This document shows positions 28,081-56,428 of a DNA stretch of 64,000 bases, piece after piece (position 1 is the stretch's first letter; every line of letters starts with the position of its first letter). The notes below the pieces were generated by a model. That model searched no databases, was not told the DNA's origin, and saw only the letters and a list, made by a program, of their open reading frames with translations. A program made the position numbers and the translations under genes. The stretch spans positions 1,614,001-1,678,000 of the forward strand of contig NC_087246.1 in assembly GCF_037042905.1 (NCBI RefSeq). Direction: 5' to 3'. Source of the DNA: Lytechinus pictus (lineage: Eukaryota).

Positions 28081-29716
28081 CAAGGATCTCAAATCTCGAA
28101 TTAGATTTCTTTAGATAGAAAAACAGTTTTATAAATGTGTGAAATCAAAACCTAGACAGTTTTAAACGGTTATTCATAAAGTGTTTATTCAATACCCCCA
28201 TTATTATTACACTCATTGGCACGGGCCGGCTGTGCCCCCCCCCCTTTGAGAAGCCAAATTAAAATTTGTAATGTAAACATACCATTGAAACAGAGGTGTG
28301 CCCCCTCTTTTGAAAGTGAAGACCTTTTTTTTGTCAAATGTTCTCCCCCCCTTTGGAAAATCCGGGATCCGCCCCTGATTACACTGTTTTTTTTTAGTTT
28401 TGTCATTGTTATGTTATCTATGTATTTTGTTAGTATTAAGTCAGCTAATTCCTTCCTTGATGTTACTCTCATATTCAATACAATACTATTTGTGATTTAC
28501 ACATTATAAATATGTTGATATATGGTAGATGTTTTTTTTTAATGGATTTTCATGAACAAATGAAAAAAAAATGAAATTGATAATCTTAGTAGAATGTTAA
28601 ATACAGTAGCTGCTCATGGGCAACATTGCTAAAACCCAGCTGTTCTTTTCTCTTTGGTCAAATCTTTATATATTTATAAGTCTGTGGCATTTTCATATTT
28701 TTGCCTTGATAAAAACAAGACAAAAGGATGGACTTCTTCTATAATGGGTTCTTATCCATCCACCAATTCAAATCTTGTTCATTCTTATATATATATCTAT
28801 ATATATTCACATCTCCTTCCCCTCTCTATCGCCCCTTCTCTCAATATCTCTTTCTTTATCACAACTCCGTCTATCACTCTCTTCTGACATTGACAATCCT
28901 CAAAACTATTTTCACACAATGGGACTACTAAGCAAGTTAGGAGGTATATATGATTTTTAAACTAATTTTGATTAGGAAGTTGGTTACCCCTTTCAGTCCT
29001 GTAATAATGTTATAGTCTATGACTGCTTATCTCTACCCCACCCCCATCAAAAATGTGACATTAACAATGAACAATCTCACACATTGCTTGTACCATTAAT
29101 GGGTAATAATTAATTTGATAAGACCGACTTCTGAATGAGACCTTTAAAAGTTCTACAATTTCATATTTTAAGTTCCTTAATAAGTTCTGATCACACATTT
29201 GTGAGATTGCATGTCCATAATAACTTTGATTTATTATCTACATTCTTACAAATACATGCCATTCACAAAACACATGAAACTCTCATAAAAAGGCATATAC
29301 ACCTACACAAAGGGCCAACACAAAACAAACCCTAAATATTGATGGTATTCTTCTTTTTGTATATCTAATCTTTATTATATATACATAAATGTATACCAAA
29401 AGCACTCAACATGAAAGTTGTAGCACGTTTTAGAATGAGCAGTTATTTGCATTCTGCAGTGCATATCACTACCAACCTCAGTGGTTTGACTGTTTATATG
29501 TGGGCTTTGTGTGGTATAGTAAAGAAAAAGTAGTGGTTTGGGGGTGTTTAGTGAAGGAAACAATGGAGAGAAACTGGGAATAGACAGATTACTTGTATGA
29601 ATAACAGCCACTGCACAACTATACAACCTCTTCTGATCAAGATCCTGGTGGATCAATTAATGACAGGATGTGACTACTGTGTTCAAGCAAAAAACCAAAT
29701 TAGTTAACCAAGACCT

Positions 29717-29875
29717 GGGCTCTGTAACACAAAGCTTTGCAATCAATCGCTAAATACCAATGACCAATCAAGATCGTTGTTGCACGCGCACTCTGTATAA
29801 AATACTGACCGGGAACCAATCGGCGCTATTCTTTCATACTTGCAATTCATCGCAAACCTTTGTGTTACGGAGCCC
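29717..29875. mobile_element. Harbinger-like MITE downstream of the MRPL18 stop
   Basis: ctGGGCTCTGTAACACAAAG...CTTTGTGTTACGGAGCCCag. Confidence 0.7.
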
Positions 29876-30240
29876 AGAACACAGGGATAAAGAATATTTG
29901 GAAAACCTTCCTACTGGAAAGCGCTGGCCAACAACTTCTTACTTCCATGACTTCAAGACCCAGTCCTTTCAGTAGTGGTCAAAAGGGTCATTTTCCTGAG
30001 GGAAGCTGAAGGATACGGCTGGCAATTTGGAGGTGTTTTTTTCCTAAAACTTTGCATTTGGATCATATAATTAACTTTTGTGATAGTTACATCAATGCAT
30101 CCTAAAAACATGATCAGGAGGGGCTGTGAGTGCATTCAGGAATGCCACAATACTTTCATGCCAATAATGTCAGTGTAGGATCCATTAAAGAGAGTCTCTA
30201 TTCATGTTGAAACAGGCAGAGTCTGTTTGATGATCTCTTG

Positions 30241-33200
30241 TCAATCCACTTCTGGAAAGTAGTTAATTGGTTCTCTGAAATCAACAACTGATCTAGGTTC
30301 ACCAAGCACCAAACCACCTTCTTCAAGAGCATTGAGGAATACAGTCATCTTGAGAAAGAGAAAAACAAAGAGATGTGTTGATTAATCATTGGTATTCATA
30401 CATTTGGTGATTATGTACATGTAACTCTATGTGAAAACCTCCTTGTTCAATTTGAATGTTGTATTTCATACTCATGTCTAACATTGTAGCTTTTGCATGA
30501 AAATATCAACTGTAAATGTACAACATTGCATCATCTGACTCAGAAGAGGATAAACTTTAAAAAAGTAATTTTCACCATGGAAGTCCCATTTTTTTACAGA
30601 CACTAACTTGTATTAATGTGATATTTTTTAAAGAGATTTGAGAAAACACCATGCAAGTAGCCACGAAAAGGATTGAAATTCCCACAAAGAACAGAGCATA
30701 CCATTCAAAATTTTGAGACTATTTTATACAAATGATTCTGTTCAAAAGTTTTACAAAGAGAATACAACAGTTCTTTTAAGGACTAGTTTGATGGTGTTTC
30801 TCGTCCCTATCTAGTTTGCTGGCCATACATGTACAAAGCATTTAAAGCTTATTGAATGCAACATCAATGAATATAAAAAATATACCTGTACACTAGGTAA
30901 GGAGTCAATTATACTGTAACAAAACATACACACAGTATGTAATACAGTAGAGTCTGGATAATTCAACCTTCTCTAAGTTCAATAATCACCTAAGTCAAAG
31001 TATTTTTTCAGACCAGAATATGCAAAACATGTGTGATTACTAGTGAGTTTTCACTTGCACAACGCCTGTGGGAACATAGAGAATACATTGTCAAGTACCC
31101 TTCATAACAAAGCAGTCTTTGTCAAGAGTTAGAGAATCAAAGCAGCAGTTTCATCTGTGACTCTGGGCAAACAACATATTTGCAGTTTTTCAACCCTCGG
31201 CTCAGAAACTTTCAACAAAACTGCTGTTCTGGTTCACCAACTGTCGACAAAAACCTCCCAGCTAGTTATCGTTCTTATTTGACATGTTCTTCAATGCATT
31301 TGATGTGTTCTTCAGCCTGTTTCCATTGCAGTTGGGAAAAGTCTCTAACTTCATCTTCTAAAAAGTTTAATTTCACCTAAGTCAAACATATATTTGTGGT
31401 CCTAGGAGATTAAACATAGGCAGATTCAACTGTATTATTTATATATGTTATGAAATACTATTGAGAAGTACATACCCTTTCTTTTTCTTTCTCTTCATTC
31501 TTCATGTTGACATGTAAAAAGCTAATACCAGACTCCAGACATCTCTGAGCTAATACTCTTCCGAGGTTCTCTGAGGCTGATACATCTGATGTAGAGTAAA
31601 GATGTCTCTTAATGGCCCACTCTTTGGTAGATGCTTTCACTACAATGTTACCTTTGAGATGCTCAATGTGTGCTGTGATATGCCTGTTGGTCTTGCTGAC
31701 AAATAACCTGGAGGAATGGTTAAAAAATGAATGAAAATATGAAGCTCTCAGAAAAACAACAGGGTTAAAAACTAACTAAAAATTATAGTTTTCAAGCTGG
31801 TCCACCTAATTTGATTATTTTCAAAATATATAGTTTAAAGCTCTGGCATCTAACATAACATAAACAGTACAAATAATCAGATAGAAATGTCTTATCATGG
31901 TGAAATTATTTTTTTTTTCCTTTGCTTTTTTTCTTATTCAAATTTGCTTGGTCCAACACATCGCTTTGGTGGACTTTGACAGCCAGACCACCGCTGCAAT
32001 GTCATTTCTTTTCCTTTTGTTTCTTTAAAATCCAATTCAATAAAAAATGAATTAAGTTAAATCTTGATAAATTTTTTCTGCAAAATAACCAGGAAAAGTA
32101 AAATTCAAATCATATGCAGGCTTCATGGAAAAGAAATAACCTTTCACAATTTGCCTGAATGCAACAAAGGTCATCAGGGACAATTTAATCTATATGAAAA
32201 AACTGAACACACTCATTTAATATATATTTTCTCCCTTTCCACCATTACATGAAAATTAGACAAATGCCCCCCCCCCCCACCCTCCAAAGTCCTGAGTGTG
32301 AGTTTAAACAGGTAGAATGAATGTGAATGTGGATAAAAAGAAAAGGAAAATGATTGCAGATGAAAAACTGTAAGGAAACATACTTATGCCAGTAATCTTT
32401 TCTAGGGTAACTCTGTGACCATCCTTTGTCTTTCCTTGCTACTGCCATCAATTCAAGATTCCTTGGGTTACGATTGATGAAGTGTGGATTAACTCTATCA
32501 TTCTCTGATAGTTCTGCAACATTCTCCTCTTCACACTGCTCAGATTGGGTTTGTTGAACTGGGGATGTTGTTGTACTAAAAGATACCAGGCTTGCATCTA
32601 AACATCTACAAGTTGATGGAATCGTGACTGTCAACACCAGAAGAAAAAATGAATATCACAGTCAGACATAGGTGAGATGATTGATCTAAATTGTGAATAT
32701 GCAATCATGACAGAGTCAGAGGTCTATACAGTGAAAGTAGACAGCTGGCAGCTGTCTATTTGAAGGGTTTTTAAACATTTTTTACCTCCTTTGTGAGTGG
32801 ACACAACAGAGTACAGCAGTACAACCAATGTAAGAGAGACCAAAACTTTTGGTCTAAGTTAGATAGATCAAAAAGCCTGCTCAGTGCATCCTAGATAAAA
32901 AGGAAACCTGGGGTGGTATTCTGAAAACATTCTTATCTTTGTTATCTTTCATCTTATGTAATTGAGATAAGAAGACGCTAATATCATCTCTATAAGGACT
33001 GCCCCTATCTTATCTTCATGCCCCTTTTTTTAGATATTACCAATCAAAATGCACTTTATATTTACAGTTTAACCAATAGAAGCGTTCCTTATGTCAAGAT
33101 AATATCATGCGCACTGCGCGTACACTAGTTTCTGGCAGACTGAGAGAAATAGGCATTTTACATTTTATACACAATGACTGCTTTTATTTCTTGAGTTGAC

Positions 33201-34895
33201 ACATGCACAAAATGAAGAAAGACAGTAAAGAAAGAAAGACAGTAAATAAGGTACAAAATAAGAATAAAACAGGGAGAAAGTAAGAAGACAGAAAAGGCTC
33301 TGCATGAAAGCAGAAAACAAAATGAAAGGAACAAAACAGAAATAAAGAGCACAAGAAAGAAAAGCTAGCAAAAAGAACCTAAAATGAAAAAAAAAGAATA
33401 AATAAAAAAAAAAAGGAAGAAATAAAGATACAAATGGTAAAGAAAGGAAGAAAAAGGAGAACAAAATAAAGAAAAAAAGGAAAGACAGATAAAAAGGACA
33501 AACAAAATAAAATCAAAGATAAGAAAAAAAAAGAAAATAAAAAGATTGAAAAGGATAAAGTAAAGGAAGAACCAAAAAAGGGGAAAGAGTGAAAAAAATG
33601 AATGAATGAAAGAAATTTAAAAAATGAAAGAGGAAAGGAAGGAAGAAACAAAACAAAAATTTTTAATGAAGAAATAAAATGGAAAAAGAAATAAAGAGAG
33701 AGAAACAAATAAAGAAAGATAGAAGAAAGAAAAGATGAAAGGCACAAAAAATAAAGACGAGAGAAAGAAAAAGATAAAAAGAGAGAAAGTAAAGAAAAAG
33801 AATGAATAGGGAAAATAAAAGGGCAGGAAAGTAAGAATGAATGAAAGAAAGGGGGAAAAAAAGTAAGAATGAAAGAAGAATTTTTTTTTTAAATTAGAAA
33901 TAAAGAGAGGTAGAAAGACAAGACAGTGAGACAGATAGGATGAAGCGGATAAGAGAATGAAATAAAGGAATATAGAAAAGAAGAAAAAGAAAGAAAAATG
34001 GAAATAAAATAAAGGGCGAATGAAAGAGAGGATTGAAGGAATACCGATTACCATATGCTCATTAGCAGTGGCCGTCAATTTTGGGCAAAACAGAACGAGG
34101 CCATTATGAGATGTGAATGTGATAACCCTCTAGGCTTCATGAAAGATAAATGATAAGAATGTTTTTAGAATACCACTTATCTACATTTTTTCTTATCTTT
34201 TTAGCGGAAATTAGTGCGCTTTAATACGATATGCGCGAGTATTACGCGCTCAGCATGATAGGATGAAAAACAAGAAAGACAAGAAAAAGATAAGGAAAAA
34301 GATAAGAACGTTTTTAGAATACCAATTTGAGATCGTGTCGTAGATAAGAACATATGAGATAAGGACGTTTTCAGAATACCGCCCCTGGGCTGGCGCTGGG
34401 GGTGGGCCTGGATGATCTTTTCTCTTCAAAACTGAAAGCCAATGGCAAATGGATTATGAATAATTACATAATCATACGAATTTACGATTACAAATTACAA
34501 TTCAATTATTCCACTATATTTTGATACCTAATAATTTTAATGAGAGTGAGACGAACACCAAAGTAACATCTATATTTTGTTACCTATAATAGCCTATATG
34601 ACTGAGAGCTGGAGTGAGACGAACACCAAAAATGAAACATCCCCCCTCCCAACCCGCACGACGTCGTAACTGCACACCAGTGCAACCAACACTTCCTAGG
34701 CGGCTACGGTCGGCAGTCTCGAAGGGAGGATTCCCTATACCGTACCGGTACTTGTCACTCCCACGGCCACGTTCAGAATTGCAACGCTAACTTACTTTTT
34801 CCAAAGGAAAGGAAGGTACGTCGGGCCATTTTCAGTTTCAGTGATTTATTGAATCCCGTCCACAAAAGTATCTTCAATGCCTGTGTAGAACCCAT
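30241..34895 (-). CDS. MRPL18: Mitochondrial ribosomal protein L18 (uL18m), 227 aa; exons 34895-34796, 32627-32384, 31707-31476, 30348-30241
   Basis: Motifs [24 protein letters not shown] and [38 protein letters not shown]-terminal [15 protein letters not shown], basic N-terminal targeting-like leader. GT-AG introns with phases 1, 2, 0; 684 nt in frame. A second in-frame ATG (MARRTF) is an alternative start. Confidence 0.93.
30945..31432. mobile_element. Degenerate pogo/Tigger-like MITE in MRPL18 intron 3
   Basis: TA|CAGTAGAGTCTG...CAGATTCAACTG|TA; CACCTAAGTCAAA repeated near both ends. Confidence 0.5.
32911..34384. mobile_element. PIF/Harbinger-like non-autonomous element in MRPL18 intron 1, containing an about 850-bp purine-rich tract
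   Basis: CTG|GGGTGGTATTCTGAAAAC...GTTTTCAGAATACCGCCC|CTG (3-bp TSD), with repeated TTATCTT/GATAAG subterminal motifs. Confidence 0.78.
33200..34040. repeat. A/G-rich low-complexity tract
   Basis: Predominantly A and G on the + strand; produces the spurious Phe/Leu/Ser-rich ORFs. Confidence 0.9.
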
Positions 34896-35205
34896 TATTT
34901 TCGTTGTAGTATAACCTGTTCAAAAAGTATCTTTTGTTGACGTTTCTTCAAGATTTCGTGATGATGGTTCAGAGCCGACCATTCCCCCACGATCTGGGAA
35001 TCATGGCAGAGATCGGCTAGTTTAATCGTTTATGATCAATCTTAATTTGTCTATTCTGATATACATTAGGTCATCAAATTTTTTCTCAATAAAAATCGTA
35101 TATATTTATATTTTATTATATAATCATGAAATCATATTAGTGTGAAATTATTTATAATTCATCCAGTAATATTCCTAATCTTTATTTTGTTGTAAAAATT
35201 CTAAA
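34896..35205. promoter_or_regulatory. Bidirectional promoter region shared by MRPL18 and VPS53
   Basis: Divergent start codons at 34895 (-) and 35206 (+) with only 310 bp between them. Confidence 0.75.
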
Positions 35206-49764
<14,559 letters not shown>

Positions 49765-51146
49765 TCTTTCAGAACTGTCTTTGTCATCGAGCCAGCCTAA
49801 ATGGATCTTGAGCTCTGGAGTCACAGGAACTCAGTAGGATACCAGGACTAGAGGAAATTGTAAAGGAGAACAGTAATTCCTGAGAACTTTTTCTGCTACT
49901 AATCATGGGATTGGAGTATGTTTTAATATCTTAAAGAAGTTATCCATCCAAAAATACAGATGCTTCATTTCAGAATGCCCATGTTGCCATCTAGCCCAGC
50001 TGATTGGAATTAAATGTCCTCAAAAGCAACTGGGTCCAAGTAGACTGTCAGCCTGACAGTTAGAACTGCTCGAAGGTTCTTAACGGGCGGTATTATTTAT
50101 GATTCCAAAATTTTCTTTCTATCTAAACTAATAATTTCATTTAGTTTGAATCACGTATATATATATTTTTTAGATTTCCAACTATTTAGTTTATCCAGAC
50201 AGAATCTCCTAATATTCTATGTTATGCCCTCCTCTATTAATTTTGTTTCTGTCTGTCTGTCTGTCTCTCACCTCTGTCCTTTCTCTCCCTTTACCCTTGA
50301 TATCTCTCACTCTCTCCTTCTTTCTTACTCCTCTTGTAATTTGTTTTGTTTTGTTATTTCCTATGTTGTAGTTTAACATAGAATCATATGATGTGTATTG
50401 GTAATAAATCACATATCTTGTTTCGTTTATCTGGATATAAAATATTAACATAGTGAAAATGGGGTAAAGTGCAAATGTGCCATTAAATATTGAAACTGAG
50501 TCAGAGAGATAGCTCGCTGACTTCATGAATTTTATTGATCAATATTGATTGTGATGATGAAATGAAAAGTACTACCATCATGTGATATAATTCATATGAA
50601 AATAGGTCACATGATTTGTTATATGTATATGGTAAATCTTGTGATATTACACTTCAAGATTGCCATCCTGATACTAGCGCCCACTAGTTAGGTACTTACA
50701 GAATAAGTATTCCCTGCTTCCCTTCACCAACTAAATGGATTTGTATTTCTATGGGTTGTTATCTTACAATACATGTATGCATAATGCCTATTATTTGAAT
50801 ATAGATGTTGGTATTGTATAAATAATCTTTAACAAAATCCTGTTTGTATTTATGCATATTCCCCAGCAAGTACACGTATGTTCTTAACCCTCATCCATAT
50901 GGGCCAACTTACTGTACATTCATAAGATGTATCAATTATATGTGATAATGCAGATGCAGCTGTCTGTAACTGCATATGATGGTCATATTGGAGCTTTCAG
51001 GTGCAGTGAATGAATATATTTATCTTATATTGAAATAACATATCAATATCACAGTATTCAGATGTAAAAAGGGCATATACTTATGACTGTTGATACAAGA
51101 ACTCTCATCTGAATACAGGGAAAGATTATTCCTTAAGTGAGTTATA

Positions 51147-51670
51147 CAGTGTGTCTTAGAATAAATGAATCTGAGATGATGATTTATCCTAACTTAATCA
51201 CAATTATAATAGAATAATGACCTATCATTGTAAAGCTTAGAGTTTCTTCTGTGTGGTATACCTAAGATTGTTATTCATTCATGCATGAGTGAGCTAAAAA
51301 AAAATTGAAGAAAAGATATCAAAAAGTCACTTGATGTACAATATCTGAATTTAAAAAAAAATCAAATCTCAATGTCCAATATCTGCTCTTTGATTTGATA
51401 CAACAATCAAAGGAAATATCCAAAGAATAACAAAGATCTGGTTTTTTTTATTAATACCTGCATTTCAGTAATTTCATTAATCAGATGTTTTTTGCCTACC
51501 GTACCTATCACTTTGTTAACAAAAGACTTTGTATGCATGGCTGATCCTTAATAAAACGGAGTGTTGAGTATGTCTGACAGCTAGCCTGTAAAATGTATTC
51601 ACTTACCAAATTTATTGAAATTAGTTATAGAGCATCAATAATTCTCAGCTTTGTTTTCTTGGATGCACTA
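51147..51670. mobile_element. Decayed copy of the 22503-23299 Tc1/mariner MITE
   Basis: Shared segments gtaaagcttaga, gcatgagtgagc, caatatctgct, aaaacggagtgt and gctagcctgtaa; many CpGs appear as TpG/CpA. Confidence 0.7.
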
Positions 51671-52160
51671 TACACAGCTACCAATAAGTAAGTTTTTGCT
51701 ATATTTGGTTTGGTATGTTTTTTGCAACCAAATTATGGCATTAAATTACAATTTTTCTTCATGAAATATGATTTTTTTCTTTTTTTTTTTCTTCAAAAAT
51801 CACATTTTATTCAGAAAAATCATCTCTATATGTACAGGTAATTGGATGAATTACCTTTCAACTTTCAAGTAACAAATTTTTTCCCAATCAAAGCAAGGTG
51901 GAGCAATATCTTTAATTTATCTCTTCACTGATAGACCCATCGGGTCAATTATACAACTTCTGCAAACTAAGAATGTATATGGGTTTTCTCAGCTCCTTTA
52001 TAATCATGCTACTTATGACTAAAGCCTGTTTCCACGCCAATTGTCCAATAATATGATATACATTATTGATAATAGAATGATACAAAGTGGTCCTCTGGTG
52101 AGATTATGCATAAGCAAATATGATAGATAATCTATTCCATTATCAAATTCATATTCTCTG

Positions 52161-52446
52161 ATGCCGCTTTCAGTAACTCCCTGGTCCAGACCAGCTCCAG
52201 GCCAAGTCGTAAGATTTTTAGTTTATGAATGCCACATGTTAAAATAGCTTGTCCTAGACCAGTGCTATCTGGACGCTGCCATTAGCAGCACCAGACCAGC
52301 GCCATCCATAATGTGCCCGAGTATTTGAATGGGTGATCGTAAAAGTAGCACCACTCTGCTATGTAGTTACTGAACGTTTGTGGTGCGGACTATTTTAGTG
52401 CGAGCCTGGTGCAGACCAAAAAATGATGAGTTACTGAAAACGGTAT
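52161..52446. mobile_element. MITE
   Basis: ATGCCGCTTTCAGTAACTC...GAGTTACTGAAAACGGTAT inverted ends. Confidence 0.6.
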
Positions 52447-52526
52447 AAGATCTGTCATTGTCTGGGAAGCGTTTCACAGGTTTTCAGATCTCAAGAAACT
52501 CTTATGTTATTATAATGTATAAACAG

Positions 52527-53377
52527 TTTTTGTCTCGCCTGCATAGCAGAGCGAGACTATAGGCGCCGCTTTTCCGACGGCGGCGGCGTCAACATCAAAT
52601 CTTAACCTAAGGTTAAGTTTTTGAAATGACATCATAACTTAGAAAGTATATAGACCTAGTTCATGAAACTTGGACATAAGGTTAATCAAGTATTACTGAA
52701 CATCCTGCCTGAGTTTCAGGTCACATGACTAAGGTCAAAGGTCATTTAGGGTCAATGAACTTAGACCATGTTGGGAGAATTATTTTCAAAATCTTAACAG
52801 AAGGTTAAGTTTTTGAAATGACATCATAACTTAAAAAGTATATGGACCTAGTTCATGAAACTTGGGCATAAGGTTAATCAAGTATTAGTGAACATCCTGC
52901 ACCAGTTTCAGGTCACATGACCAAGGTTAAAGGTCATTTAGGGTCAATGAACTTTGGTCAAGTTGGGGGTATTTTTTGAATTACTATCATAACTGAAGTT
53001 TATGGATCTATTTCATAAAACTTGGGATATAAGAGTAATCAAGTATCACTGAACATCCCCTGTGAGTTTCAGGTCACAAAACCAAGGTCAAAGGTCAGTT
53101 AAGGTCAATAAACGTAGGCTATGTTGGGGTAATTGTTGAATTGCCATCATAACTTTGAAAGTTTATGGATAGAGTGAATGAAATGTGGACATGGGTAAAG
53201 TTGACAAGTCTTAAGTCACCGTTCAAATGTCATCTATGGTCAATGAACGTGGTATTATGTCATTATATGAATGGTGTTTTTGTGAATGATTATTTTATAG
53301 TAGTTTTCAAAGTTAGCACTGCTGCTATATTAAATCGCGTAATGCAGGCGAGACTGCCAGAGGCGTTCCACTTGTTT
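52527..53377 (+). mobile_element. Helentron-associated (DINE-like/Tsp-like) element with internal tandem core repeats
   Basis: Starts in a T-run; subTIRs GTCTCGCCTGCA...TGCAGGCGAGAC; (GGC)n; about 3.5 core repeats of 160-190 bp; ends ACTTGTTT. Confidence 0.78.
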
Positions 53378-54814
53378 GATATATCAATGTATGCCCATTC
53401 ATTGTTCCAAAATTAATTATGCTCATGTGTATAGTTAGGAAAAAAATGTGTATAGTTATGAAAGCATTCAAGTAAAGTATATCGCAAAGATCACAGTTGC
53501 TGTTTATTGTTTTTTTTTTTTTTTTTTTATGTTGTGAATGATTATGACAGTTATTTTAATTTTAATAATATGACGGATATAAAGGTATACTTATATGAGA
53601 AAAAAAGTTGTTTGCACAATTAAATTGTGTAAATTACCTGATGAGCCTCCTGCTAGTGTCCCGGCCTCTGGCCAATCAGAGTAAGTTCTTCTGGAGAAGC
53701 CTACAGCTATAGAGTAGGTAAAAGTCATAAATTTTCAAAATGTAAAAAAAAAAAAAATCTATATCTAATATACAGCCAATCAGATGATTCTTCTTCAAGC
53801 ATTTCAAGGTCATTTTTTTAAAGAATATCAGCATTAAAATGAAAATGGATCTAAATTGAGATGAATAATAGTGAGGTGGGAAATAGAAAGGTCAGATAGA
53901 GAAAGAGCATGGAGTGAAAGAATAGAATAAAAAGCAGAAAATGTGTTAAAATGAAAAGCAGTTGAAGATATGAGCCTTGACATGAAGCATATTTACAATC
54001 AAATTGTGCCCAATATTCCATCCTTATCAAATGCCTTTAACTATTTTTTTTCTCCGGATGATTAAGAAGAAGACGGTGTAATTTACTACATCAGTTTATA
54101 TAACTAGCTCCTATTATGGGCATCTCTCATACATTTGTCTTTCCTTTTGATCATGCTCGCTCGAGGCGCGCTCAAATTTACACCCTGGAATTTATTGGAT
54201 CACCGCATCGCGCTATGCGATTAAGGAACATATCTCTTAACTCTAAAGCTCTTCCTCTATTTTTATCCAACATCCTGGCTGACATTTTGAGATGGAGCAC
54301 GGTCCATCGAGTTCATGAACTAAAAGTAATAATGTGGATGGGTGTCAGAGAGGGAGAGAGAAAAGGAGATTATACGGGTGAAATCGAACGATGAACTATG
54401 AGAATGTTAGATTCGCAGAGCTAGCAAGGTGTGATATTGAATTGATTGGATTTTGGTTGTGTAGCAAAGTTTCATTGGGTGTATTGACGGAAAGATGTCA
54501 ATTGAAAGACGGGTAAGAAAAGAGGGGTCATCAAAAGAGAGGTTTGGAAAGGGAGAGAAAAGAAATAGAGGAAGTTATCGAAAGGAACGGGATAGATAGG
54601 AGGGATGAGATGAGAGTGATCGCATTTGATCTCTAACAGTGGTATAAATTGTAGGAGCTACTCTAGAAATAATATTTAGTAAATACATAAACTGAATGTC
54701 AATCAATGACGCCCATCCTCAATCCTTCTTAGAGAAAGCAATCCAATTGGCCTATACAATATGTTTGAAAGTGACAGTATAGACAAATTATGTTTCTATA
54801 CACTTTTTTTTTAT

Positions 54815-55057
54815 CCAGGTGCTAAATGGGTACCCGGTAGGATGTGAAAGTCATTGTAGCTTGTCCAGTACTGTGTGCGCCTCACCGGCGACTGACTGGA
54901 ATACTCCCCAGGGAGTGGAGGATGTGCACACATTGTGTGCGGGAATGACTGATTGAATCCGATGACCGGGGTAATAATATATCTGTAAAGCGCTTAGACA
55001 CGTCGTTCCGATGTATTAAGCGCTATATAAAAAACGGATTATTATTATCATTATTAT
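54815..55057 (+). mobile_element. 5'-truncated SINE with L2/CR1-type tail
   Basis: CCAGGTGCTAAATGGGTACCCGGTAGGA core, GTAAAGCGCTTAG...AAGCGCTATATAAA stem-loop, (TTA)n tail. Confidence 0.65.
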
Positions 55058-55818
55058 CTCAACTTCAAGACATATACGTTTCAATATTCTGTAAGACAGA
55101 CGCAGCGATGTACATCCTTACTGACAATGAATGATATGAATTTTGTGTCAATTCTGACTTGCCGCTTGTTTCCATGGTGACACCATATGTATTTATTTAC
55201 TCGTACCACTGAAATACAAACATTGACGGACATTCCTACGTCTTACCAATATCATTCAGAAAAGAATAAGACAAGTCTAGTTCAATCACACTAGAGTATT
55301 AGCCAAGACAGATCAATGTTATCATAAGTAGTCATCCGCAGACATTGGACAAATATTTGAACAATCCATAAAGTGCAAACGTAAGTGCACTGCAGATAGG
55401 ATTGTCGCGCTATCGCGTTGCGTTGACATGAATATTATTATATCAATTACTCGTTATAAGATGTTACATTCATATTTTCAAGGGCAGAACATGACAATGG
55501 AATGTTCAATGAATGCTGACAAATCGAAACCAAAACATTTGATTTGCCGAACGCCAACGCAACTGTTTTGTTCGTTTTTTAAATGAACATGAAAGTAAGA
55601 ACGATCAATCAAACGCGAATCACAAACATATTTTGAGAGGGTTTCTCACCCCGCTATAGGCCTAATTTATTTTATCATAGGCCTATATAAAAATCATCAA
55701 TTTAACTTACGAAAATTACTTACCCCCTCAACTTTTCATGATAAAAACAAAGCTAAAACAAAGGAAATAGACTTGGAAAGAATCATATTGTTTCAAAGAA
55801 CTTCTGACATTCTAAATA

Positions 55819-56428
55819 TTAAGGGACAAATCCACCCCCAAAAATAATAAATTGAGTAAAAAGAGAACACATCCAAATAGCATAATGCTGAAAATACCAT
55901 CAAAATCACATATAAAATAATAAAGTTATGACATTTTTAAGTTTCGCTTAATTTCACGAAACAGATATATGCCCATCCCGGTCGGTATGCAAATGAGGGG
56001 ACTGATGACATCACTCACTCACCGTCTATTTCTATTGTATTTCCCCGAATATAAAATATTTAAATTTTCTCCTCATTGTCATGTGAAATTAAGTTTCACT
56101 CCTCCTTGAAGATGTGAAACTGTCATAGTTTTAATATTTTTGTTTGGTTTAGTCAAGTTGGTCATTATTGTCAAATCTGTAAAAATTGAAATATTGTATC
56201 ATTCAAACATTAAAAAAACAACAACAAAAGAAATAGTAAGTGAGGGACATCATCGAATCTTCATATCACTGAGTTGTGCACATAACTGTTTTGTGAAAAA
56301 TAAGCGAAACTTTAAAATGTCATATAACTTTCTTATATTATATCAGATTTCGATGAAATTTTCAGTGTTATCATTGATTTTTCTCTATTGATTCAAATCA
56401 TTTTTTGGGGGATGGACTTGACCTTTAA
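55819..56428. mobile_element. Kolobok-like non-autonomous element
   Basis: TTAAGGGACAAATCCACCCCC...GGGGGATGGACTTGACCTTTAA. Confidence 0.7.

Noticed and set aside
33158..34078. Long Phe/Leu/Ser-rich ORFs resembling membrane proteins
   Set aside because: Translation of a low-complexity purine/pyrimidine tract.
55250..55386. Possible non-coding exon ending at AAC|gtaagt (55381)
   Set aside because: A donor-like motif alone is insufficient; there is no coding or acceptor support.
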